Assembly: GCA_016840405.1 (NCBI GenBank)
Contig: JAEOSK010000029.1
Location: forward strand, 1-30,735
Direction of reading: 5' to 3'
Length of the DNA: 30,735 bases
DNA from: Candidatus Hermodarchaeum yapensis
GTDB taxonomy: Archaea; Asgardarchaeota; Hermodarchaeia; Hermodarchaeales; Hermodarchaeaceae
How positions within the stretch are numbered: position 1 is the first letter of the stretch; the number at the start of each line of letters is the position of its first letter. A program made the translations under genes and the position numbers. The notes under the pieces were generated by a model. The model had not been told where the DNA came from. It did not search any database and was given only the letters and a program-made list of their open reading frames with translations. Shown here piece after piece: positions 17,709-26,387 of the stretch.

Positions 17709-18113
17709 CTATCGACGTCTCACGAGTTTCCGGCGGCCAAGCACTATCCAGTATTCAATTTGGATGCCCTGCTCGACCTTTCCCTCAAAGTCCTCTGGAT
17801 CTGGCATAGCTACTTCGAAGCTTTCGTAGCTCTCCATGTCCATCAATCCTAACATTGGAGGTGAAGAATCTGTGATGTAGTTGACTTGGGCTAGGCGTTT
17901 ATCGATGACAGGTGCATCCACTTTGGTATCTGTAGGAAGAACAATGCTCTTTTTCGAGCCATCAAAAATCCCAACAGCAGTAATGCGGGCCTTAGCATGA
18001 CCATGCTTCCCAGATTTGCTCTTCTCAATACTCACTACCCTGTAGGGTTCTCCTTCGATAACGAGATACCGACCAATCTTTAAGCTACCAGCTTCGACAA
18101 CTTTGTGCGACAT
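17709..18113 (-). CDS. eif5a: Translation factor aIF5A/eIF5A
   Basis: Hypusine motif KSKSGKHGHAKARI; start placed at ATG 18113; adjacent to dys. Confidence 0.97.
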   Translation of the reverse strand: MSHKVVEAGSLKIGRYLVIEGEPYRVVSIEKSKSGKHGHAKARITAVGIFDGSKKSIVLPTDTKVDAPVIDKRLAQVNYITDSSPPMLGLMDMESYESFEVAMPDPEDFEGKVEQGIQIEYWIVLGRRKLVRRR

Positions 18114-18220
18114 CTTCTGCCACCTTCCCCGAATACACAATAGCGGTCACTTAAACTTTTAGGCTACCGAGAAAAAGTCCTAATAAGAGTATCTCTCCAC
18201 ACATAGAGGAGGCTATCAAG

Positions 18221-19039
18221 TTGAAAATCGTAGGTCTCTTAACTCGTCCGGACTTCAAATCAGGTGTTCAGTTTTCCCAACAAATTCTAGCATATCTAGA
18301 AACGAAAAAACGCACAGTGGTCATCCCGCCACATTTAGCCAAAGCTCTTAAGCGCCCAGAATTAGCCCGTCCAATCAAAGAGATGAAAGCGGACGTGGTC
18401 ATAACCCTTGGAGGAGATGGGACAACCCTCTACGCAGCGCAACATTTACCTTCAGATATCCCACTTCTTCCCGTAAATCTCGAATCCTTTGGATTTCTTT
18501 CCGAATGTGAAATTCAGGAAGTTGAGGATCTTCTCGATCAAGTGTTAGCAGGGCAATTAGCAATCCAAGAAACTTTGCGGCTTGGAGTCTGGTTAAAGAA
18601 AAAACGCCTCCCAGATGCAGCAAATGAAGCGGCTCTTTTTCCCATAAATCAAGGACGCCCAACCTTGATAACGGTTCAACTTAACAAAAGCACTGAATTT
18701 GAATTTCGTGCTAATGGGTTTCTAATTGCAACACCTATGGGTTCTACCGGACACACCCTATCCTTGGGAGGACCAATCTTAGACCTTCATCTTGATGGCA
18801 TACTACTCTTCGCTGTAGCCCCTCTACGGCATAGTTTCCTCCCCCTCATCGTTCCAACCACTACCACAATTAAAGTCCAACTTGGACGAGTTGCCAATCT
18901 CTACATCGATGGTGAATACTCAACCGAGGTCAACCAAAACATCCCAATCACAGTGAAACATTCCGAATCCTCTCTCCGCATTCTTCGCCGGTCATCTCGC
19001 TTCTACGCCCGTTTACAAGGGAAACTACTGGGGTGCTAG
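18221..19039 (+). CDS. nadK: NAD(+) kinase
   Basis: LGGDGT, NE, ATPMGSTG..LSLGGPI, YIDG; TTG start with GGAGG. Confidence 0.88.
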   Translation: MKIVGLLTRPDFKSGVQFSQQILAYLETKKRTVVIPPHLAKALKRPELARPIKEMKADVVITLGGDGTTLYAAQHLPSDIPLLPVNLESFGFLSECEIQEVEDLLDQVLAGQLAIQETLRLGVWLKKKRLPDAANEAALFPINQGRPTLITVQLNKSTEFEFRANGFLIATPMGSTGHTLSLGGPILDLHLDGILLFAVAPLRHSFLPLIVPTTTTIKVQLGRVANLYIDGEYSTEVNQNIPITVKHSESSLRILRRSSRFYARLQGKLLGC

Positions 19040-19040
19040 A

Positions 19041-19568
19041 ATGCCTCAGAAAAAACCCCTAATCTTTGTAATTGACACCTCCGCAATATTCAATCGAATC
19101 CAATATGCCGCCGAAGACATTCAACTGGCCACTACTCCCCTTCTTGAAAAAGAAATGCGGCAAAAAGGGTTGAAAGAAACGGTTGACATGCTACTCAGTG
19201 CACAAAAACTCTGCATCTTAGAACCAACACAGATATCACTGCGAAAAGTAAGAGAGGTGGCAAAACAATTGGGAGATTTGGATAATCTATCTGATCCCGA
19301 TATAGAGCTGCTAGCCCTAGCCTTAGATTTAACCAGCCAAAATGGGCATCCCGTGCTAGTCACTGATGATTATTCTATTCAAAATGTTGCACAGAGCCTT
19401 TCTCTCGAATTTCGAGGTACAAACCAGCCTAGAATCCGTGAAGTTATTCAATGGGAAACCTATTGCTCAGCGTGTGGCCATAAAGCTCCAGATATGTCAA
19501 AAGATGAGCCCTGTCCTGTTTGTGGCACACCCCTCAAGCGGCGTGCAATCAAGAAAAAACCAATCTAG
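19041..19568 (+). CDS. nob1: Nob1 endonuclease (PIN + Zn ribbon)
   Basis: VIDTSA, LSDPDIELLALA, VTDDYSIQNVA, CSACG...CPVCG. Confidence 0.93.
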   Translation: MPQKKPLIFVIDTSAIFNRIQYAAEDIQLATTPLLEKEMRQKGLKETVDMLLSAQKLCILEPTQISLRKVREVAKQLGDLDNLSDPDIELLALALDLTSQNGHPVLVTDDYSIQNVAQSLSLEFRGTNQPRIREVIQWETYCSACGHKAPDMSKDEPCPVCGTPLKRRAIKKKPI

Positions 19569-19586
19569 CGAAAATTAGTGTGATAG

Positions 19587-19601
19587 TGAACAAAATTTAA
19601 G
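19587..19601 (+). promoter_or_regulatory. Candidate BRE/TATA upstream of Zn-ribbon and EF-1beta genes
   Basis: TGAACAAAATTTAAG about 55 nt upstream of ATG 19656. Confidence 0.35.
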
Positions 19602-19655
19602 AAGCCTATTAGCATCCTTCTGAACCACGCCCTTTTACAATGAAGGCGATTTAAC

Positions 19656-19832
19656 ATGAGTGAAACCAAAACCTCATTCTGCTCATGCTGTGGGGGTCTA
19701 ATCACACCCCGAGAAAATTCAGTCCAATTTACATGCCCCGCATGTGGAAACTACACAATTCGTCGTTGCCAGAAGTGCCGGGAGTTTGCCAATGCTTACA
19801 CATGTCCAGCGTGTAATTTCAAAGGGCCCTAA
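19656..19832 (+). CDS. Small Zn-ribbon protein (DUF1610/COG2888 type), 58 aa
   Basis: Below ORF-track cutoff. Manual translation MSETKTSFCSCCGGLITPRENSVQFTCPACGNYTIRRCQKCREFANAYTCPACNFKGP: four CxxC pairs, C-terminal FxGP, conserved position upstream of EF-1beta. Confidence 0.93.
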   Translation: MSETKTSFCSCCGGLITPRENSVQFTCPACGNYTIRRCQKCREFANAYTCPACNFKGP

Positions 19833-19877
19833 ACAAATGGTTACTTTTCAGAGATTATACTATTGAGGGATTCTTCC

Positions 19878-20144
19878 ATGGGAAAGGTTATTGCCATCAT
19901 GAAAATCACACCTGAAGACGCGAACGCACCAATCGGTGAATTACGCCAACAAATCGATCAAACTCTCAAAGAGAAAGTGCATATTGAAGCTTGGGAGGAA
20001 ATTCCCATCTTTGGTCCTCTATACGCTTTACGACTCCGGTTCATCGTTGATGATGAAGCTGGAGGAACTGACGTGGTTGAAGAAATTGTTAGGAACATAC
20101 CTGGCGTTAGCCAGATTGAGATTGAAGCAGTCAGTCTCTTATAA
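19878..20144 (+). CDS. ef1b: Elongation factor 1-beta
   Basis: MGKVIAIMKITPED...IVDDEAGGTDVVEE...GVSQIEIEAVSLL; synteny Zn-ribbon-EF1beta-cdc48. Confidence 0.9.
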   Translation: MGKVIAIMKITPEDANAPIGELRQQIDQTLKEKVHIEAWEEIPIFGPLYALRLRFIVDDEAGGTDVVEEIVRNIPGVSQIEIEAVSLL

Positions 20145-20227
20145 TCACTCAATCTCTAATCGTTAGAGAATGACAGTTCTGACAGTTTTTTATGTGTTTG
20201 TACCTTTTCATAGTGTGGAGACTAACA

Positions 20228-23200
20228 GTGGCAGAAGATCAATCCCCACCCGGAAAATCAGTCACACTTCGTGTAAAGAAAGCACATGAACGTGATGCAG
20301 GACGCTTCATCATTCGCATCGACTCCTCGACAATGGAAAAACTTGGAGTTCAAACCGGTGACATCCTCGGAATCAAAGGGCGAAAACAAACCGCCGGCAT
20401 CGTATGGCCTGCTTATCCCCAAGATGAAGGGCAAAGCATTATTCGAATGGATGGTCGCATGCGTCGCAACGCTGGCGTCAGTTTAGAAGAAAATCTCTCA
20501 GTTTATCCTGTTCAAGAGCGACCCGGACTATCTGTAACTCTTGCCCCTCTTGAGATGAGATTTCCCGTTAAAGACTTCGATGATTTTGTCAAACAAAAAT
20601 TACTCAACTGTCCTGTAGTAAAAGACGATACAGTCCATGTTTCGATTCTTGGACGACCTGTACGGTTTCTCGTCAGGCGCTCTCGCCCAACTGGTGTAGT
20701 CTTAATTGCCCTCAATACTCAAATCACCATTCTCAGTGAACCGCCCAAAGAACTCGATGTCGGTGTACCCCTAATCACCTACGAAGAAATCGGCGGATTG
20801 GATCACGAAATCCAACGAATTCGTGAGATGGTCGAGCTTCCACTCAAACACCCAGAACTCTTTGCACGATTAGGCATTAACCCACCCAAGGGCGTCTTAT
20901 TATTCGGACCTCCCGGCTGCGGTAAAACCTTACTTGCACAAGCGGTTGCCAATGAATCCGAAGCCCACTTCATCTCCATAAACGGACCCGAAATAATGAG
21001 CAAATTTTATGGTGAGTCTGAGAAACGCCTTCGCCAGATTTTTGACGAGGCCGAAAAAAACGCACCCAGCATCATATTCATTGATGAACTTGATGCCATC
21101 GCACCAAAACGTGAAGAAGTAATTGGAGAAGTTGAACGACGCGTTGTCGCTCAACTCCTTGCCGTCATGGACGGACTCCAACAACGCGGACAAGTCATAG
21201 TCATCGGTGCGAGTGTTACAGGTGATACACCAATTCTAATAAAAGATTCACAGGGAACTAGACTAGTTCCTATAGGAGAATACGTTGATTCATTTTATGA
21301 GCACGGAGAGGCTGACGTTGAAAAAACAGTTGATGGAGTTTATACGCTTGGGTTCAAATCTCGAACACCTGACAATAATTTTGGAAACATCCATTTTGAG
21401 TGTGCTGAGTTCAAGTCTGTGAAAGGCGTCTTCAGACACAAAGTAAACGAAATATATGAAATTCAATTCACTGGAGGAACAATTAGGGCAACTGGCAATC
21501 ATTCCGTGTTTGTAAGAACTAGGCGAGGAGTTGAAGCTAAACCTGTTTCAGAATTACAAGTAGGTGAGTTTTTAGTTGATTTACCCTACAGAGTTCAACA
21601 AACAGGATCACAATCACGAAAAGCTGAAATTGCTACAACTCATTCCACCTTAATCCCTGTTCCATTATTAGGAAATCTAATTGATGCATACGAGATGGCG
21701 ACTGAAGTAGAACTAGATGACGAAGTTGTTATGGATGTGAAAACCATTGCTGCTAAGGTCGGTGTCCATCCGACGACAGTATATCGGTGGCAAAAAGGCA
21801 GTAAACCGCGGTTACTTAAGACTCCACTTGCAAACTCAATTCATTCGAACATTGAGGTAACTCCAAGATTTCTGAAATTGTTGGGATATTTTACAGCTGA
21901 AGGGTATGCCCGTAAGGAAGTTGGTTTTTGTTTTGGAACCCATGAAACTGAATTAATTACAGAATTAAAACAATTAATGAAGGAATGCTTTGGAGTCGAA
22001 CCTTCAAAAGTGAAGGAAACAGGTTCAAGAACTAATATAATCTACTACTCAAAGATACTAGCATCGTTCTTTTCGGATTTATGTGGTCCAACCTCTCACA
22101 AAAAACATGTTCCACCAATGCTGTTTGAGTTGCCACAAGAATTCTTTCTTACTTTTCTTGAAGGAGTTACAGCAGGTGATGGGTATGTTTCTCCTCGAGG
22201 AAAAATTGAAATCACTTCAGTTAGCAAACAGCTCATAATAGAACTGAATTGGCTTTGTCGTATGCATGGGATAAAATCCTATACTCGACACTTCGAATCA
22301 GATGAGCGAGTTCTTGGAGAACGAGTCATTTCTCCAACCTCTTTTCATAGACTTGGGATAGGTGTGACACATAATCCCTTTTTACATAAATCAGAGAAAC
22401 GTGCAAATATTCACCGGGCAAAAATAATCCAAATAGCAAAGAAACCCTTTGATGGATTTGTCTATGATTTATGTGGATGTGATAACGAGGCTTTCTTTGG
22501 GGGCGAGACCCCAGTTCTATTACATAACTCCAATCGTCCTAATGCTATTGATCCTGCGTTGCGTCGGCCTGGTCGGTTTGATCGTGAAGTTGAGATTCGA
22601 GTACCCGATAAAGAAGGTCGCCACCAAATCATCCTTATTCATTCTCGAGGGATGCCCCTCGAATCGGTTAAACCTGAATCCATTGCAAATATCACTCATG
22701 GCTTCGTCGGAGCTGACCTTGCCGCTCTTTGTCGAGAAGCCGCAATGAATGCACTCCGCCGATACCTGCCCCGGATCAATCTTGAGGAAGATGAAATTCC
22801 ACCAGAAGTCCTTGCAGATCTCCGTGTCACAAACGATGACTTCATGGACGCCCTACGCGAAATCCAACCCACCGCCATGCGTGAGGTTACAATTGAGGTT
22901 CCCAATGTTCGCTGGTCGGATGTCGGAGGATTAGAAATAATCAAGCATAAATTACAACAGGCAGTACAATGGCCCCTTCAGAACCCTGAATCCTTCACCC
23001 GATTAGGTGTAGAACCACCACGTGGTGTGCTATTGTATGGACCACCCGGATGTGGGAAAACGCTGCTCGCACGGGCTGTCGCGACCGAAAGCGAAGCCAA
23101 CTTCATTAGTATAAAAGGTCCTGAGGTTCTTAGCAAGTGGGTTGGTGAATCTGAAAAAGCCATCCGTGAAGTGTTCCGCCGGGCTCGACATGCTGCTCCT

Positions 23201-23737
23201 GCAATTATCTTCTTTGATGAAATCGATGCAATTGCTCCTGCTCGGGGAACTGGAGCTGGCGATTCCCATGTAACCGAACGCGTCATTAGCCAATTTCTCA
23301 CCGAAATCGATGGTATCCAATCTCTCAAAGACATTGTTGTATTAGCTGCAACCAACCGACCAGACCTGCTCGATCCAGCTATGCTCCGACCAGGACGGTT
23401 TGATCGACACATCCTTGTGCCAGCACCGGATGAGAAAGCCCGAAAACAGATTTTTGAAATATACACTAGGGATATGCCAATTACCAAAGATGTGAAAATC
23501 GATGAATTAGTTCGATTATCAGAGAATTTTGCAGGTAGTGATATTGCCGCATGTTGTCGGGAGGCCGCATTAGCAGCTCTCGAAGAAAGCATGGAATCTA
23601 AAAAAGTGACCCGTAAACACTTCCTAAAAGCAATAGACGAAATTAACCCAACAGTCACACCCGAGATGGAAAAAGCCTACCTTTCATGGGGTAAACAAGC
23701 AGGTCAAACTCGACCTAGCACGTCACCATTTGTCTAG
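20228..23737 (+). CDS. cdc48: CDC48/p97/VAT AAA+ ATPase, intein-containing (about 730 aa after splicing)
   Basis: N-domain, two Walker A GPPGCGKT, Walker [32 protein letters not shown]; GTG start at 20228 after GGAG. Confidence 0.97.
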   Translation: MAEDQSPPGKSVTLRVKKAHERDAGRFIIRIDSSTMEKLGVQTGDILGIKGRKQTAGIVWPAYPQDEGQSIIRMDGRMRRNAGVSLEENLSVYPVQERPGLSVTLAPLEMRFPVKDFDDFVKQKLLNCPVVKDDTVHVSILGRPVRFLVRRSRPTGVVLIALNTQITILSEPPKELDVGVPLITYEEIGGLDHEIQRIREMVELPLKHPELFARLGINPPKGVLLFGPPGCGKTLLAQAVANESEAHFISINGPEIMSKFYGESEKRLRQIFDEAEKNAPSIIFIDELDAIAPKREEVIGEVERRVVAQLLAVMDGLQQRGQVIVIGASVTGDTPILIKDSQGTRLVPIGEYVDSFYEHGEADVEKTVDGVYTLGFKSRTPDNNFGNIHFECAEFKSVKGVFRHKVNEIYEIQFTGGTIRATGNHSVFVRTRRGVEAKPVSELQVGEFLVDLPYRVQQTGSQSRKAEIATTHSTLIPVPLLGNLIDAYEMATEVELDDEVVMDVKTIAAKVGVHPTTVYRWQKGSKPRLLKTPLANSIHSNIEVTPRFLKLLGYFTAEGYARKEVGFCFGTHETELITELKQLMKECFGVEPSKVKETGSRTNIIYYSKILASFFSDLCGPTSHKKHVPPMLFELPQEFFLTFLEGVTAGDGYVSPRGKIEITSVSKQLIIELNWLCRMHGIKSYTRHFESDERVLGERVISPTSFHRLGIGVTHNPFLHKSEKRANIHRAKIIQIAKKPFDGFVYDLCGCDNEAFFGGETPVLLHNSNRPNAIDPALRRPGRFDREVEIRVPDKEGRHQIILIHSRGMPLESVKPESIANITHGFVGADLAALCREAAMNALRRYLPRINLEEDEIPPEVLADLRVTNDDFMDALREIQPTAMREVTIEVPNVRWSDVGGLEIIKHKLQQAVQWPLQNPESFTRLGVEPPRGVLLYGPPGCGKTLLARAVATESEANFISIKGPEVLSKWVGESEKAIREVFRRARHAAPAIIFFDEIDAIAPARGTGAGDSHVTERVISQFLTEIDGIQSLKDIVVLAATNRPDLLDPAMLRPGRFDRHILVPAPDEKARKQIFEIYTRDMPITKDVKIDELVRLSENFAGSDIAACCREAALAALEESMESKKVTRKHFLKAIDEINPTVTPEMEKAYLSWGKQAGQTRPSTSPFV
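21212..22528 (+). mobile_element. Intein with LAGLIDADG homing endonuclease (439 aa) in CDC48 D1
   Basis: VIVIGA|[10 protein letters not shown] (block A), ATGNHSVFV (block B TxxH), LLGYFTAEG and [10 protein letters not shown] (LAGLIDADG), VYDL (block F), VLLHN|SNRP (block G). Removing it restores [23 protein letters not shown]. Confidence 0.96.
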
Positions 23738-23769
23738 CAGAAACATAATGGCACAGTACAAGACTTGCC

Positions 23770-24021
23770 CTAGTCCTCAGCAATAGCGAGGTACCGCCGT
23801 TCACCAAGGAGTTCAATTTTCCGCTTCGCTTTTGTAATCTGTTGAACGTGAATTTTCCCTCCAATCTCCAACTCCATCAGAGTTCGGTCTAGCTCTTCGG
23901 GGGTCACTTTCACACGATTATTTTTCAATAAACGAATTAATTCCTTATCGATAAGAACCCCTTGACGCTTATCAAGTAAGGTTAGGATGATATTTCGAAG
24001 GGGAACGGTTCTCCATGTCAA
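23770..24021 (-). CDS. Small basic winged-helix-like hypothetical protein
   Basis: 83 aa, LRNIILTLL...DKELIRLL...TPEELDRTLMELEIGGKIHV fits a wHTH pattern; TTG start. Confidence 0.65.
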   Translation of the reverse strand: MTWRTVPLRNIILTLLDKRQGVLIDKELIRLLKNNRVKVTPEELDRTLMELEIGGKIHVQQITKAKRKIELLGERRYLAIAED

Positions 24022-24212
24022 AGCATTCAGCCTCTATACATCAATTATGAAAATAGTCATTCAAAGGAAGATGGAAATCCCAAGTCGAATGCCAGAGGAA
24101 AACTGGAAGGAGGGCTCTTTAAAGTTTCTCCTTTCAGATGAAGACTAAGAAGAGATAGAACTTTAAGGACTATAATGGGACAATCTACTCAAGATCAAGT
24201 GGCGGATATTAC

Positions 24213-24560
24213 ATGTCTTCAGACCCATTCACCAGAACACCTGCAGTCTTCACAGATATCGGTCAAATCACCTCAGAATATGCTGGTCGGCGTGTTCGAA
24301 TAATGGGGTTTGTCGTTGACCATCAAGACCAATCTGGATTCATTCTCAGCGACGAAACCGGACGCATATCCGTTCTCTCCGAAGAATCAATTCCACAACT
24401 CCAATCCTTTGTCCGGGTCTTCGGGTCAGTTGCAGTATCGGGAGAAGGTCAACCCATACTCCGTGCTGAAATTATCCAAGACCTTGCCGCTCTTGATAAA
24501 CAGCTTTATAGTAAAACAAGAAAAATAATCGAAGCCGTACCCCGCCGGAGGAATTCATAG
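24213..24560 (+). CDS. Single OB-fold protein, RPA14/RPA3-like
   Basis: PAVFTDI, RVRIMGFVV, LSDETGRISV, FVRVFGSV, LRAEIIQDL..LDKQLY; stop abuts the PCNA start. Confidence 0.75.
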   Translation: MSSDPFTRTPAVFTDIGQITSEYAGRRVRIMGFVVDHQDQSGFILSDETGRISVLSEESIPQLQSFVRVFGSVAVSGEGQPILRAEIIQDLAALDKQLYSKTRKIIEAVPRRRNS

Positions 24561-25316
24561 TTGTTTGTTGCCAAATTCGATGATGCAAAAACCTGGCAGG
24601 CTCTTATTAGTGCTATTTCCGCATTAGTTGATGAAGCGAATTTTGAAATTTCAGCCAAAGGTATGACACTTCGCGCGATGGATCCCTCACGAATCGCCAT
24701 GGTCGATTTTGAATTACCTAAAGGTGCTTTCAGTCATTTTGAATGTGATGAAGAAGGCCAACTTGGCGTGAATCTTGATGAAATGGAGAAAATCGTCAAA
24801 CGCGCAGGAGCAGGAAATAGTCTAACTCTAGGGCTTGATCGTGAGAAAAATCAATTACAAATCACTCTTGAAGGACGTACACGGCGCAGTTTCAAAATCT
24901 CTCTCATCGATTTAGGCGCCGATCGCCCGCCAACACTCAATGTAGATTTTGATGTCAACATCAAAATCACCGCAGACACATTGAAAGAAATCATCCAAGA
25001 TGCCGATATCATAAGTGACTTCATAGCAATTGATGCAGCTCCAGAAACCCTTACGATTTCTGCTCGCGGAGACACCGGGAATCTTGAAGTGAGCATTGGG
25101 AAAGATGAGGAAGCCCTCTTAGAATATTCCGTCAAACAGCCAGCTAAATCACTTTACGCCTTAGAGTATCTAAACGACATGATGAAAGCTGTTGCCGCTT
25201 CTGATACCGTTCAAATGGAATTCGGCAAAGGCACTCCCATTAAACTTCTCTTCGCAGTGAGCAGTGGCGGTCATATAACCTACTTTCTGGCTCCACGGGT
25301 CGAAGATGATTTCTAG
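24561..25316 (+). CDS. pcn: DNA polymerase sliding clamp PCNA
   Basis: LVDEANF, RAMDPSRIAMVDFEL, GVNL, YALEYL, YFLAPRVE. Confidence 0.98.
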   Translation: MFVAKFDDAKTWQALISAISALVDEANFEISAKGMTLRAMDPSRIAMVDFELPKGAFSHFECDEEGQLGVNLDEMEKIVKRAGAGNSLTLGLDREKNQLQITLEGRTRRSFKISLIDLGADRPPTLNVDFDVNIKITADTLKEIIQDADIISDFIAIDAAPETLTISARGDTGNLEVSIGKDEEALLEYSVKQPAKSLYALEYLNDMMKAVAASDTVQMEFGKGTPIKLLFAVSSGGHITYFLAPRVEDDF

Positions 25317-25355
25317 CTCCCATCCCCTACTAACTCCCATCCATAGGCAGAGAAA

Positions 25356-26387
25356 ATGCACGAGGATATCTCCATACACGAAGCAGCCAAATACCCTTGG
25401 TCAGTGATGGCTCGGTCTCTGCTAAAAAACCTCGATGTCACCCTTGGAGAAGTCGATAACAACCCACGTGTTGTTCAAAGAGCTCATGACAGATTAACAC
25501 AGGCACTTGACTCTCGAAGAACCCAGACAAGAGAAATGCAAAGCGATGATGAGTACATAGAACTAACCAGTTTTTTTGTCGCCAAAGCTCTGGTCGATGG
25601 AATTGGAAGCATGTTTTTGCGCAGACGCTGGGCAACGGCTGAAGCAAAACGAGCTGAAGGCTTCCTTCTCAAAGAATCGGAGACTAAGCTTCCTCAATTT
25701 GCCAAGCAAGAATTTAATTGGCAAATCAGTTCAGCTGGACGTGTGGCAAGTCGAGTTTTTTCTCATAGGTTACATTTTTCCAACTATCTTGATGCCACAG
25801 CGGGGTTTCATGAACGTGAATGGAAACTTGTCAACAAACGGCTTGACAAGGGGTATGTTCTACTAAGAAAGAGTGAAACCGTGCGTGTTATCCGGGCTGC
25901 CGTGGAAAAGATGCTAATTCGCGATATCAAAAAGGTTCCTGCGAATTTCCCTCCCAATATTCAGAAAGTATACGAAGATATTGATGAAACGGTTCGAAAG
26001 CAAACAGATCGAATGCGCCAAGAAATCCAAGGAGAAATTGTCACGGAAGCTTTTCCACCCTGCATGCAAGCCCTTCTTGCGGATATGAATGAGGGTAAAC
26101 CGTTATCGCATATAGCCCGTTTTGCCATTACCGCGTTTTTATTAAATGTAGGTATGGATGTTGACTCGGTTCTTGAACTCTTCATGAGAGCTCCAGATTT
26201 TCGAGAAGATCTTGCCCGATACCAAATCGAGCATATTGCTGGCAAACGCGGAAGCACGGAGTACACTCCGCCAAGTTGTGCCTACATGATTTCAGTACGC
26301 CTGTGTGTCGATCCAGATAAAGCGGAATCCCGTAGGCACCCCCTCGCCTATTATCGTCGAAGGAGGAAATGGCTATCAAAACGCTAA
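25356..26387 (+). CDS. priL: DNA primase large subunit PriL
   Basis: AKYPW, WKLVNKRLDKGYV, FPPCM, LSHIARF, APDFREDLARYQIEHIAG, YTPPSC, HPLAYY. Confidence 0.95.
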   Translation: MHEDISIHEAAKYPWSVMARSLLKNLDVTLGEVDNNPRVVQRAHDRLTQALDSRRTQTREMQSDDEYIELTSFFVAKALVDGIGSMFLRRRWATAEAKRAEGFLLKESETKLPQFAKQEFNWQISSAGRVASRVFSHRLHFSNYLDATAGFHEREWKLVNKRLDKGYVLLRKSETVRVIRAAVEKMLIRDIKKVPANFPPNIQKVYEDIDETVRKQTDRMRQEIQGEIVTEAFPPCMQALLADMNEGKPLSHIARFAITAFLLNVGMDVDSVLELFMRAPDFREDLARYQIEHIAGKRGSTEYTPPSCAYMISVRLCVDPDKAESRRHPLAYYRRRRKWLSKR

